Assembly (NCBI RefSeq): GCF_036321535.1
Contig: NC_087455.1
Location: forward strand, 24,614,001 to 24,678,000
DNA length: 64,000 nt
Source of the DNA: Camelus dromedarius
Taxonomy: Eukaryota
Direction of reading: 5' to 3'
A program made the translations under genes and the position numbers. Of the stretch, positions 24,526-36,850 are shown one piece after another (the first letter of the stretch is position 1; each line of letters opens with the position of its first letter). The notes below the pieces were generated by a model. The model was not told where the DNA came from. It did not search any database and saw only the letters and a list, made by a program, of their open reading frames with translations.

Positions 24526-26454
24526 TGGTTGAAGTACTTGTGACTTTACCCCATGAGTTCAGGTGTTAAAGAGCAAAAAATTCTCAAGGTAGTCCTTGCA
24601 ATATGTCTCCTAAGTGGTGTCACTTATTTTTGTGTGTGGCGGATTATTAGAATGTGAAATGGGAGTACCACAAAAATCTAAATAACTTGCTGGGGAGAGT
24701 AATAATGTTTCCTTTTTTTCCTAAGGCTACACATGTTCAGTTAGCCACACTGAAGAATTTAATCCAAATATGTATGTATATCAGAAAAAGTGGTATAACT
24801 TTATGTCTAAAAATATTTTGTCACCTTATAAGTGGAGAGTGTTATTTGTGCTGCTTCTATTAAGATTAACTAATTTACGCCTAGTTATCACAATTGGAAT
24901 GTGGGGCGCTTTTTTGCCCAGCAAGCTGGGCATCTTCAAGGCTGATGATCAGTGTAGTCTTAAGTTAATTGACCATTTTGAAAGAGAATACAGGTTCTAC
25001 TTTGGGCTAGCAGAACGCCAAGCCAATGAGGAGAAATTTAGCGCAAGCTCTTGAGCTTACCTGAGAAATAGAAACAGGCAGATACATTTATGTTCACCAT
25101 GGTGGACAAATATAAGGGAGAAGGATCCCCTCACCAAAAAACCAAAACCAACCAACCAAACAAAAACACACAAAAAAGCAACCCCAATGAACAACAACTC
25201 AAAGAAGGTGAATTATAAGTATAGGAAGTTAAGGTTTTAGATTGTTTGCTTCAAGCATTGATGAGGGGTTATAGGATCCCTAAGAATTTTGATTGAGATC
25301 TTAAATTATCAGGAAATGAATTTTGAAATCAAGTAAAGAGCGTTCTCTTGTCTTTGAATAAATTAATAGTATACTCACTCCTTGTAATAGACTGATAATC
25401 CCCCCAAAACATCGATAATGAAATTGGAGAAGATACAAGGAGGAGATAAAAGTAGTCAAGACAGAAAATGACTGCCCATGGGGAGAAAAGAAAAAAATAG
25501 GAATCTGTGGACACAAGTGTTGTGAGGAGATATGGCCTTGGTGTTTTCATTCGTTTTGACACCATGGGTAATATGAATGGTGCTGATGTTAAGAACACTG
25601 CCTTTTTCTAAGATTTGGTGAGCAGTGGGACTAGAAAATATCACCTTACCCAACTAGTTATAAACTTATGGAACTGATTACTCTAAGAGGAAATAGGGGT
25701 GGAAAATATAAATAACCTCAGAAATGATTGAACTAAATTTGTGGATGACAGATCCATAATGGGTTATTACAGGGAACCAGGATGTTTTGGGTACACTCCT
25801 AACCTTTGAGGTTGACATCAAAGAACAGCCATTCTTCCCACAGCACCTCCTCTGGTGCCATCATCAGAATCCTGGGCAGAAAGAGCGTGAGTCTGATCCA
25901 ACGTGGCAAGACCCATTAGACTCTGATCTGTGCCAGGTTTGTGTGGGTTGTAAATTTAGGGTAAATTCCAATATGAGGGCTGTAAATATCAATGAATGAA
26001 AACTTGAAAACTTTAACTTTTGTATTTTCCAATCTTTGTTAATTCTTTCATATAGTACACTCTTAAGGCTCATTTTTCAACAAGATCTCTTATTATATAG
26101 CCTTGACTTGACGATGCTGGTACTTTGTGACCTAGCATTTTCCCACACTGTAGGTTGAATAGGGTCAACTAGTAACCTTGTGAAATAAATCTTCTACCCT
26201 TGGAATTTCTCCTGCACATTGACTCGTTTTCAATTTGCAGTTAAAGATTTAAAGAGTAAAGTAGATTCTACTTCAATTATGACTTTTGGTTTTTCTGATA
26301 GAAAGATATATAAAATTCCCCTTTGACTGTAATCTGTATACAGGGAGGCACAAAGGTAGTTTTAGTATTTTCAGGTACAGAGATTTATTTTCCTTACGAC
26401 TTTTACTTTGGTGGGGGGTGCTACATTCAAAACTTTGATCTGAATGCCTTAGAG

Positions 26455-26587
26455 CAGTGTATAGGAATCGACTGGGGATCTTGTTTTAATGTGGATTTGG
26501 ATTCTCTCGGTGTGGGGTAAGGCCTGGGATTCTGCTTCCAGGTGATGCTGCTGCAGGGGCTGAGGACCACATTTTGCATAGCAGGAC
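26455..26587. mobile_element. MER5-family hAT MITE
   Basis: actggggatcttgttttaatg...ggcctgggattctgcttccaggtgatgctg...gaccacatttt. Confidence 0.8.
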
Positions 26588-26602
26588 TTTATTTAAAAAA
26601 AA

Positions 26603-26655
26603 TTTTTATTGATGTATAGTTGATTTACAATATTGTGTTAATTTCAGGTACATAG
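26603..26655 (-). mobile_element. L1 extreme 3' tip
   Basis: tttttattgatgtatagttgatttacaatattgtgttaatttcaggt. Confidence 0.85.
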
Positions 26656-28599
26656 CTATACTTTAAAGGACTACTTGCTAATGGAACACTGGAGTTTGAA
26701 AACCCAGTCTTGTTTTCAGCTTTCCCACTAAATGTCTTTGGAAAGTTTAGGGAATAATTAAAACAAGTAACTTACATGAACCAGATCCAAATACTACATT
26801 TATTTGGATGTTGAAGTAATCTAGAAATTCCTTCTTTTCCACCTATTCTGAATTCTTCCCATCTCTCTCTCACTTTTCTTGAATATTTCCATTTGGTATT
26901 GAAAAATGGGGACTTAAGAACACAAATGTTTCTTGATTCTGTTAAATTTAAACACACACTCTTTCAGTTCTGTGTATTTTGCCTAATTACTGGCAATAAA
27001 ACTCAGTAAAGGGATTTAAGGCTTATGAATGTTCTACTTGGAGGAAATTGTAATTAAGGTTATTAAGGTCTTTGGGTTTCTGTGTATTTTCAGCAAATTA
27101 GGATTTTTATGTTTTTTAAAGAGACAGTAACTCTTCCTGGCCCAGTTAGTTCCTCTGGAGGGAAGAGTACATGTGCTCATTCAGTGCTTGTGATGCAAAG
27201 GGCACATGGCTTACTTTGTTCTCTCAGGTGAATCCCAGGTGGAAGTTAGGGATTTTTTTCCCCTCAATTCCATATGATAAACTTGGGATAACTGAAAGGA
27301 AAACCTAGGAAATTGAGAGAAATAGTCCAAATTGTTCTTTGCGACCAATATTTTTAAAAACCAAATTATTAATTTAAATTCTTTAAAATTTTAAGGCAGA
27401 ATTGTTGTCACTTACCTATTATTTCCAAAATAGCTTTGTTTTTTATTAAAGTCATAGGGGTTCATTGCAAGACTTTATAAAGTGCTGAACAGCATACAGA
27501 AGAAGATGGACTCTTTCTACCTGCTTACATCAACTACTGTTTACATTTTTGCATCTATATTTCTAAGATATTTCTCTGAGTGTAGAAGGTAGAAATTTCC
27601 CAAGGGTGCAGCAAAGTCACTCTATTTTCTCAACTTGGGTTGAGGCCTTGTTCTTCTTAGTGGAAAATTAATCCTGGTAAATTCATGTACTCTGTCGAGT
27701 AAGTGTTTTTTCCATTTTCATCTCCAGATGAGCTCTGGCCTTCTCTTCTTCCCCACCCACCTGCTTCTCAGTTAGGTTTACATCAAGTTTGTCCAGGGAG
27801 AGAAAGCAGTGGAGGGCCTCTGTCATCCTGGTGCCACTGTCCACTGTGTGCTGTTGTCCTTGGTCGTGGCTCTTCCATGTCTCGCCCTACACACCCCCTG
27901 CGTGTGTGTATGAGGTCCACAAGGTCTGAATCTTCTGTCCTGATTGTGAGGCTGTCCCTGGCCTGTGGTCTCTCTCAGCCACGTCTGAGTTCTTCCTGGG
28001 ATGTGAGGCTATTTTGGATCGTCTCCTAGATACTTTGGGCTTGAGAGCACTTGCCCTCTCTGCCCTGAATGCCCACCTCCCTTGCCTCCTCTCTTGTCAC
28101 TGTCAGTGTCCTAGTTGGAGCTGCTCACCTGGATGCTCCTACTTTCCTAGGCTTCACGTATATCTTCTGTGAAACCAGCTTACCAGAACAGGGTCTGAAT
28201 ATTCTTTTATGCCACTTTTCTTCTAGGATTAGGGCACGTGTCCCTTTGTAGAGACCCACTAAACCCAAACTGAGCATTCTCTTCCCCCTGACCCTCAATT
28301 CTTGGGGTCTTTATCGTGTCTAAGGGACTCTGAGTCCATGCTCATTTAGGATAGGGGAACTTTTCTTCTCTGTAACTTTGTCTCCTATTTCTGAAACTCA
28401 AAACTCAGTGTCTTACAATGCAATGAAATTAAAGGAACGGGAAGGTTTTTGTCTTTTCTTAGAGTTGTAAGATTGCATTTGGAAACTTAAAATTTGAGTG
28501 CTTGCACTTATTTCTTTGAGAAACCCATCCATAGGGACACCAGTGAATTCCACTTGTATATTTGAATGAAGAAAAAGCTAAAGACTGAAAATGAATTTA

Positions 28600-29420
28600 A
28601 AAGAAAAAAATTCAGTCAATATTCCAGAATATCATACTGTTACACATACTATGTATGTGTTTCTAAATAAGTAAAAGTAGAGTACTACATTGTTTTTATA
28701 ATCTGCCTTCTCAAATTTTTCTAAATGGAAAAAGGCTTCTTTATATCTTAACATTTCTGTGTTTAATAAATTATTTTCAGAGTCAGTATTTTAGATCTGA
28801 CATGAATTATTCAGTATTTGATTGATGGACCGTTTGTCTATTGGCTATCTTTTCACTGTTAAAAACAACGCTGTGATGTAAATTGTTTGTGTATGTGTCC
28901 AGTTCTTTCTGTTGGGTTCCTAAAAGTAACATTAGTGGGTCAAAGGAAAAGTACAAGATTGCTAAATTATACTCTAAAAGATTTATACTAATTTACATTA
29001 CCACCAGCAGTATATTAAGTGGCCATTTCCTAAATGCTTACCGATAGTTTTTAATCATCAATCTCCTAAACCTTAATATATGGTGAGGTTGGTTGACTCC
29101 TTATTTTAATTTGTACTTTTTTGTCACGAGTGAGGTTGAGCATATTTTCATGTACATTTTTCCATTTCTTTGATCAATTTTTAATAGTTTGTTTATATTT
29201 CCTACTTCCTCTTCTAAAAGGCCCTTTCTCCATGATGATCTGCAAGTATCCATTATACAAAAAATGCTTATTATTTTTGCTTATTGCTGTAATTTTTTCC
29301 AGTTTGTTCCCTTGTTTAACACTTTTTTTTTTTTTTTTGCAGTTTCTGACTTTGTCACACAGCCTTTCAGGAGATTCTTTTTAATTGCTCTATGAACATA
29401 GACTTTAAAATAGGCAAAGC
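28600..29420 (-). mobile_element. Old L1 (L1ME-like)
   Basis: aacattagtgggtcaaagg...atttacattaccaccagcagtat...tgaggttgagcatattttcatg. Confidence 0.75.
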
Positions 29421-30424
29421 ACTTTACAAAGTGATTTTTGTATTATATATGAAATTTGGGTACATTTAGATATGTTTATAATAGTTTAATACTAAAATCT
29501 AATTTTGTTTTTCACTGATACTATTTATATAATAACACTAGTTCTCTTTACGTCAACTGGTCTCTACTAAGCTACGCTGAAAAAGGTATTATTAATTCAC
29601 AGAGAGAAAATTGCATTAATTTGTGAGATGACATAAACCCCTCCATTAGTAAGTGAATTGACTGTGATGAAAATGTTGTTCCCGATTGTATGAGCTCAAG
29701 TGTCTTGTGTCCTTTGTCGAAGATGGTCCTTGGAAGCCAGGTGGCTGCTTCTGTGCATGAAGTCAGTCATGTGCTAGACTGTGGAGAGTGTTGAGCTGAA
29801 ACTGAGGGGGGACGGGTCTGTTCAATACAGGGTCTGACTGCCAGACATCTCAGTTGATGGTTATCAGGCAGAAATGTGGGCTGTAATCATCATTTCTGAT
29901 GATTCAAGAAAAAGCAAGAAATTGGGATTTCCATTAAAAAAAATTTTAGAGGGAAAAATACGGTGTGAGTATAACAGAATGCTTGTACAGACTGCCCAGG
30001 GCTCTTGGTCGTCAGGTGGGAACCGCTGCTTTATTTTTTCTAGGCAGAACTGCTCTGTGACTAGTGTCCCCTAGCGCTGGGTGGTGAATAGTCACCTGTG
30101 GTGGCCCTAGAAACGCCTACCACCATGGACTGATTTTCTCAAAAAGTAGCTGATGTCCCTTCTTCCTCCACTGTCTTGGGATGTGTGGGTATGCATACAT
30201 GCCTGTGTACACAAGCCTAATGACTGGCTTCTATGGTGAGCAGAAGCCAAATGCCACATAATCTCTATCTACTGGCTCTTTATTTTCCTCTTTTGCTGCA
30301 CTCCTTTTTGAAATACATTGCTCTCAGAGTACTGTGAATAAAAATGAATAAAGAAGAAGCTGCTGTCTACAATGTCAAGCTTAGGATATCTGAAAATGGA
30401 GACTTACTGATTACAAAGTAATTA

Positions 30425-31200
30425 CAAGACTGTATCTATTGAATTCTATACAGATGTGTATTCCCCATTTCATGATGTCAGGAAGTACCTGATGGGGTTT
30501 TTCCCATTTTTGGTGATACTCAGTTTGATCACTTGATTAATGTGGATTCAGCCAAATCTCTCCATCATAAGGGCAATTTCTCCCTTTTGAATTAATGAGT
30601 AATCTGGGTGATATTTTCTCCCAGTAAATGGTGTTCTGAGGGTGATGATCCCTGCCTGAGTTAAATGGTTGTATTAATGATGGCAAAATGGTGAACCTTA
30701 ATTATGCGGCCACAGTCATTCAAATGCAGACTGTGCTATATTCTACAAGGCAACTGGCCTGGACTATAAAAATCTCAATGCCAATTAAGACAAAAAATAG
30801 TGGGGAAGGTGTTCCAAATTTCAAAGACTAAAGAAATGAAATGCAATGCACAGTCCTTGATTGGTTTTTGGATAGATGGAAACAAAGAACATTTTTGGGA
30901 TGGCTGAGGAAGTCTGACTATAGATAGCATATTAGTAATATTATTTTCCCATATTAAATTTTCTGAGGTCCAACAATGGTTTGTGATTATGTAAGACAAC
31001 GCCCTTCTCAGAAGGTGCATACAGAAGAATTTCGTGTGAAGTGTTGTGGTGTCTGAGACTCACTTGTAAATAGTTCACCAAAAATTTGTGTGTGTTATTA
31101 CCAAAATATATATGTGTGTTATTTCCATATCTTTCTACCTGTGGATCTGTGTATATATTTAGATGGAGACATAAAGATGTTAATATATAGATTGGGAGAG
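30425..31200 (+). mobile_element. Old L1 (L1MC4-like) with inverted 5' part (about 30425-30712 antisense, about 30720-31200 sense)
   Basis: gatgtcaggaag...tttgatcacttg...caaaatggtga (reverse), then atattctacaaggcaactggcctg...aaatgcaatgcacagtccttgattgg (forward). Confidence 0.7.
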
Positions 31201-32429
31201 AGAGCAAGGGATATTCCTTTTTAAAATAATGAGGTTAGTTTTGATGACTTGCTCTTAGTGAATAACACGAGGACAAATATTTATAATAATTGCTTTAAAC
31301 CATATGTGCTTATAGCCCTGGTATCCTCAAGCCTATTCTAGAATTTAGAGATTTTGAAGTTCAGTTTTCCCAACTTACTGAAAATGAGACATTTATTCAT
31401 CTCCCCTCTTTGCAGTTCTCCATTTTTTCCAAGAATCAATTTCTCAATATTTAAAAAAATATGTAATTCATTAGCATCTTCTGGCCTATCTTATATTCAG
31501 TATTTATTTCATAAGCCATGATTTTTCCCTTTTCACTCTGAAGGCCTTTATTTTTAATAAATGTGAAAATGAAAGCAGAAACATTTTTTTCTCTCTCTTC
31601 TACCTAGTATTACCTACCACCTAGTATCTTATTAGTTGGGCTTAACTTTTTCATCTTGTTTAATTTTGCTCTTAAAAAAAAAAGTTTCCCATAGACTTTA
31701 GGAAAGTTTAGCCTTCTTCACATTTCTTTGTGATTCTTCTGTTTCTCTCCTGAATGTATCCTTTTCGTACATATTGCTTAAAATATTTGAATTCATCAGA
31801 GGACTTCCTTTGAAACGTTATTGAATTCTACAGAATATCATTCATTTTTTCCCCATTGGGGTTATGTAAGTAGATTCTTATTTTGAAAATATCTTTTTAA
31901 TTCCTATTCTGAGAAATGTTGGCTGCAAACCCAAACCTGTTTCCTTCCAAACTTAAAAACGTATCCATTCTTCAAGTCTTTTATTTTACTTTTAGGGTCA
32001 CAGTTTCTATATATTCTACTCTTAAAAGCCCCATGGAAACAATCATCATTTCCATATTTTCAACAAATTTCTTTTTTGTATCCAGATTACAAATTGAGTG
32101 GCTCCTTTTGCTGTTTCTGCTGTTGTCTGAAAGATAGATTATCAATAAGATAGGCCAAGATTTATCAGACATCCTGAACTGTTTGTCCTTGCATCCCCCA
32201 ATCCTGTGCGTACATCTGTGCACATACTGTTCCCTCTCCTTAGGATAGCCTCCTCCAACTGGCAAACTCCTGCTTTCTCTGCAGGACCCAGCTCATATTA
32301 CCATTAATTTCTTAGCTCTTCCAGGATAAATGAGATCTCCTTCCCCTCTACCCCCAAGCACTCGGTAATGAGCTCATAAAACGCAACTTAAAATCCACAG
32401 CACCTTAAAGGGCTCTCAGTGAACAAATC

Positions 32430-33365
32430 TAAGATAAGTTGAGCATGAAATACAGCAACAGATAATAGTACACAGAAGAAAATCCATGATTCTCTACTGA
32501 TACAGGCAAGCAGACCAACAAATGAGAGAGAAGGGGAAGCTCTTCCTAACACTAAAACACCCCCTAATAAATGGAGAATGATGGAGTTAGAAAATCACCT
32601 TTGAGAACCATTAGAATAATCATTGATTTAGGCAAGAATCTTCAGTGGATGCCAAAACCAGTGTGTGTGTAAGTTTGAAGAACAGGATATGTGTACAGTC
32701 TCACTTTATCTTCTCAAAAATTACTTATTACAGAGGGAAAATGGTGACTTTACAGTGTAGAAGCCTGGCAGACACCATCTTAACCAAGGAATCAAAGTTA
32801 ACATCACCAATAATGCAACTAAATTCATCATATGTCACTTGTCATGCACAAGAAAAGGGCAGAACATTTGGGGGATTATATATCACTTCATACATAATCC
32901 CAGTCATGAGGGAACATTAGACAAACCCAAATAGACATTCTGTAAATAACTGATCTGTTCTCTTCTAAAATGTCAAGCTCACAAAAGAGGAATGGCTCCA
33001 GATTAAAGGAGACTAAAGAGGCATGACAACCCCATGCAATGCAAAATCTTAGATGAGATTTTAGTCTAGGGAAAAGGTAGCTATCAAAGGACATGATTGG
33101 AATAATTGAATATGGACTGTGGATTAGAAAATAGTACTGTATCATATGAATATGGCTGAGTATTACAAGACAATGTCCTTGTGTTTGGAAATAACGTACT
33201 GAACACTGAAACAGAGAGAAAAGAACGTCATGTCTGCAACTTATACTCAAATGGTTCAGAAAAATAGTATATTCATACATTTGTATATACACACATCTGT
33301 GTCTGTAAACACAGACATTGTTTTGCCACTTTTTGAGACTGACTGAACACCATTTACAGTTTTCC
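32430..33365 (+). mobile_element. Old L1 (L1MC4-like) 3' region
   Basis: ttagaaaatcacc...gaagcctggcagacaccatcttaaccaag...ccagattaaaggagactaaagaggcatgacaac. Confidence 0.85.
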
Positions 33366-34145
33366 AGTAATTCATAGGCAGTTTGCTTTTGGCTTCCAAG
33401 GCTTGCAGGGCGGGGAGGAGAATTACATTCAGCGAGCAGGGGCAAGTTGCTTTCTAGATCTGTCCAGAACAGAGCTTTCTCAAGACTGACTCTTCGTGTC
33501 AGTCTATCAGTCGATGCTGCTTCGCTTTAGCACATCTTTAAAGCCTAGTTTTGATCACTTGGATGGTGTCCCGAGCCTTTCTAATTACATAGGTATGCTT
33601 GCTGTGTTACTTCAAAGGTCCCTTGTCCAGGACAGGATTTGTCTTCAAAGACAGTAAGGAGATTGGCCCATTTGCAGGAAATTGCATGGTTTGGGAGTGC
33701 TTTTTTTTTCTTTGAACTTGTCAATTGGAGAGCCTCATTTAAAACGTGCTTGCCTTTTGCTGTATGCCCACACGGCTAAAGACTTCTCATTTATAATTTT
33801 GAAGATTTTTCTTTAACCTATGCCAGAAGAAACCTGTAACTCAGTTTCCCCCATTATCTTTTTTTTTTTTTATCAGCAGTTTTACGCTGAAGCATTGTTG
33901 TGGATAACATCCTAATTTTGTTGGTTTATGGGACTTAATATATTCCTAGTTATGTTAGAAAAGAATTAGTATAGTATTCCTGGAGACTAATCATCAAAAG
34001 GAACTTTGATTATTTTGCTGTAGCTAAAAACAGAGCACAGGAGCAGTGAGCAAATTACAAGGGCACAGCCTAATTTGAGAGAAAGTTCTCACAGTTTTAA
34101 TTATGATACAAGGCATTTTTTCCCTAGGTGCTGTGCATATGTCTC

Positions 34146-35094
34146 TTTTTTGGGGGTGGGGGGAGGTAATTAGGTTTCTTTACTTTTTTTTAATTGAAGT
34201 ACTGTCAATTATAATTACAGTCAACTTCTGGTGTACAGCACTATGTCCCAGTCATGCATATACATACATATATTTGTCTTCATATTTTTTTCCATTAAAG
34301 ATTATTATAAGATATTGAACATAATTCCCTGTGCTATACAGAAGAAACTTTTTAAAAAAATCTGTTTTTGTATATAGTGAATAACATTTGTAAATCTCAA
34401 GCTCCCAAATTTATCCCTTCCCACCGCCTTTCCCTGTCAACCATAAGATTGTTTCCTATGTCTAAGAGTCTGTTTCTGTTTTGTAGATGGATTCATAGTG
34501 TCCTCCTTTTTTTTTTTTTTTAGATTCAACATATGAGTGATATCATATGGTATTTTTCTTTCTCTTTCTGGCTTACTTCAGTTAGAATGACCATCTTTAG
34601 GCCCATCTATATTGCTGCAAATGGCATTATTTTATTCCTTTTTATGGCTGAGTAGTATTCCATTGTATAAATATACCACAACTTCTTTCAAAAGTCCATG
34701 AACGATAAATGCTGGAGAGGCTGTGGAGAAAAGGGAACCCTCCTACACTGCTGGTGGGAATGCAGTTTGGTACAGCCGTTATGGAAAACAGTATGGAGAT
34801 CCCTCAAACAACTAAAAATAGACTTACCATTATGATCCAGCAATCCCACTTCTGGATATATATCCAGAGGAAACTCTAATTCAAAAAGATACATGCACCC
34901 CAATGTTCACAGCAGCACTATATACAATAGCCAAGGCATGGAAGCAACCTAAATGTCTATCAACAGATGATTACATAAAGAAGTTGTGGTATATTTACTT
35001 TTTTTTTTTTAATGGAGGTACTGGAAGTGAACTCAGTACCACATACATGCTAAGCAGGCACTCTACCAATTAAGCTATACTCTCCCCTCCTCCC
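34146..35094 (-). mobile_element. tRNA-Ala-derived SINE (long form) split by a nested L1
   Basis: Tail part 34146-34191, body 34994-35094; TSD catatgtctctt (34136-34147) / catatatctctt (35095-35106). Confidence 0.88.
34192..34997 (-). mobile_element. Lineage L1, 5'-truncated with 5' inversion (34192-34688 minus, 34689-34997 plus)
   Basis: Reverse 3' UTR, then forward ORF2-end text aaatgctggagaggctgtggagaaaagggaaccctcctacactg...; 21-bp duplicated junction. Confidence 0.93.
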
Positions 35095-35119
35095 CATATA
35101 TCTCTTAATGAGGAAATAA

Positions 35120-35290
35120 AAAGCATGGGTTTTGAAATCAGAGGTCAGAGCTGGATTTAAATTTGTCACTAACAGACTGTATGACCTTGGAAAGGTTTCT
35201 TAAACTCTATGATCTGTTTGTTCACTTTTGATAAACAGACATTATGAGTAATAAGCATTACTCTCAAAAACTATGAAAGTACATAGCCTA
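35120..35290 (+). mobile_element. MIR SINE
   Basis: tttgaaatcagag...ctgtatgaccttggaaaggtttcttaaactctatg. Confidence 0.7.
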
Positions 35291-35774
35291 CAATTTGTCA
35301 CACAGCATGTTTCCCCAAGTTCATTTTCTTTTCTTTTTCCCTCCTATATTGACTTCTCTCTGTCATTTCTTCTTGTTATGAATAGACATAACTTTATTAG
35401 AATAAGAATAGTTAAGCAGTTAGATTTCAAACTGTGTCTAAGGTATTGATTGCTGTGAAGTTAGCAAATTGACAAAGTGTGTTAAAATGAACTGTTGATA
35501 AATGTTAAATACAGACAGTTGACTTAAAAATTACTGAACTAAATCTGGTGAAGGTCTGAAGATTTAGTAGTGATTTTTTTGTTAGTGTATGTAATATATT
35601 ACCCAGCATGACCTACATTGAGTATAACAAATTGTTTATTTTTTTGCAGCATAGTGTATTCCTAAATAATTGTTATGTAATAATGTTTGTCAATCCAAAG
35701 GGTTTGCTTAGTGTGTCTCTCATTAAGGCAACTTAAAAAAATTTTTTTTTATTATCTTTGAAGAAAACTTTCTT

Positions 35775-35792
35775 TAGGTAGGTAGGTAGGTA
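35775..35792. repeat. (TAGG)4 microsatellite
   Basis: taggtaggtaggtaggta. Confidence 0.9.
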
Positions 35793-36799
35793 ACAGTGTT
35801 CATTTTCAATTTTGAAACAGTGGTATAACCCACAGAAGTATCCACATCTAATACACATGGAGTCTTTAATCTGGTTAGTTATGACACTAGTGGTTCCTGA
35901 GGGCTGTGTTGATGACACTGAATCCTGTTTGCTTTCCACTTATTGTCTTAAAATTAAAATAGTGAAATAAGCAGGAGTTAGTAGTTTCTGTTCTAGGAAG
36001 CAAGTGTTACATGGGGGACAGTTGAATGAGTTGCCCACAATGAGAATATACGTGGAATAGGTTCCATCCTACCCTCCTCCCCTTTTAAAAAACAATTTCA
36101 TCTTTGGATAGACAGGAGGAGGAGCTTTTTCCTATGGGCAGTTGGGTGGGTCAGACAACAAAGGCACGGATGCCACACTTCTTAGGAAGTATCCAAAACT
36201 ATTTTGAAGTAGTGTTAGTATAAGAAGTATTGAAGTACTTTATGTAATAAAAACCTGGCTCTGTTTATGAGCAGCTGGTTTTTTTCTATTTAAGTAATTG
36301 GATTACCTCCTTGTATAAACATGGAGCCACGTGAGAGCCAGGGTTTCACAATCTGCATAAATGTATATATTGAGGTCTGCTCGTGCTGGAGTTACCAATA
36401 GCACCAGCTCTCCATCAGCATTTCCACAGGGTCTTTTACGTGTGTTCTGAAAGCCCACGTCAACACTTAGCATGAGTGATCTCTGTTCCACAGCAATTTC
36501 TAGCCGCGACGTACAGGATCGCACACATTCTAACTTTAAGCTTGCTTTTCTTTTGGCCCTAGAACAGTTTTACGGAGTAAATTTTTATCTATCTCATGGA
36601 TTCAGGCAGGTGGCTTATTTTATACAAAATAAGATTGGATTCTTCTCTTGTTTCAAAACACCATATATCTTCAGGAAAGTGAGCAAGAGCAAGCCTTCTT
36701 AAAGTTTTCTGACTTCGTCAACTCAGTAGTTTTATTGGCGTTAGCAGTTCCAGAAGCTGAAGAGCTTAACATTCTGGTATTCTGCCCACTTCAATAACT

Positions 36800-36850
36800 T
36801 AGTTTTGATCCTTAATTGTACATAGCATAGTTTGATCTTTAATTGTACAT
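36800..36850. repeat. Two-copy tandem duplication, about 27-28 bp
   Basis: tagttttgatccttaattgtacatagca / tagtttgatctttaattgtacat. Confidence 0.9.

Noticed and set aside
30009-30021. 13-nt match (tcgtcaggtggga) to the 5' end of U8 snoRNA as I recall it
   Set aside because: Similarity stops immediately and there is no downstream U8 sequence; most likely chance.
14900-33100. Inverted L1MC copies (about 14.9-15.2 kb minus vs 32.8-33.1 kb plus) as an intronic dsRNA or circularisation pair
   Set aside because: The copies are visibly very diverged, about 18 kb apart, and do not flank an exon.
32888-33445. Longest ORF in the track (185 aa, minus strand)
   Set aside because: It is the antisense reading of an L1MC 3' region, with no recognisable domain and a Leu/Phe/Ser-rich composition typical of chance ORFs.
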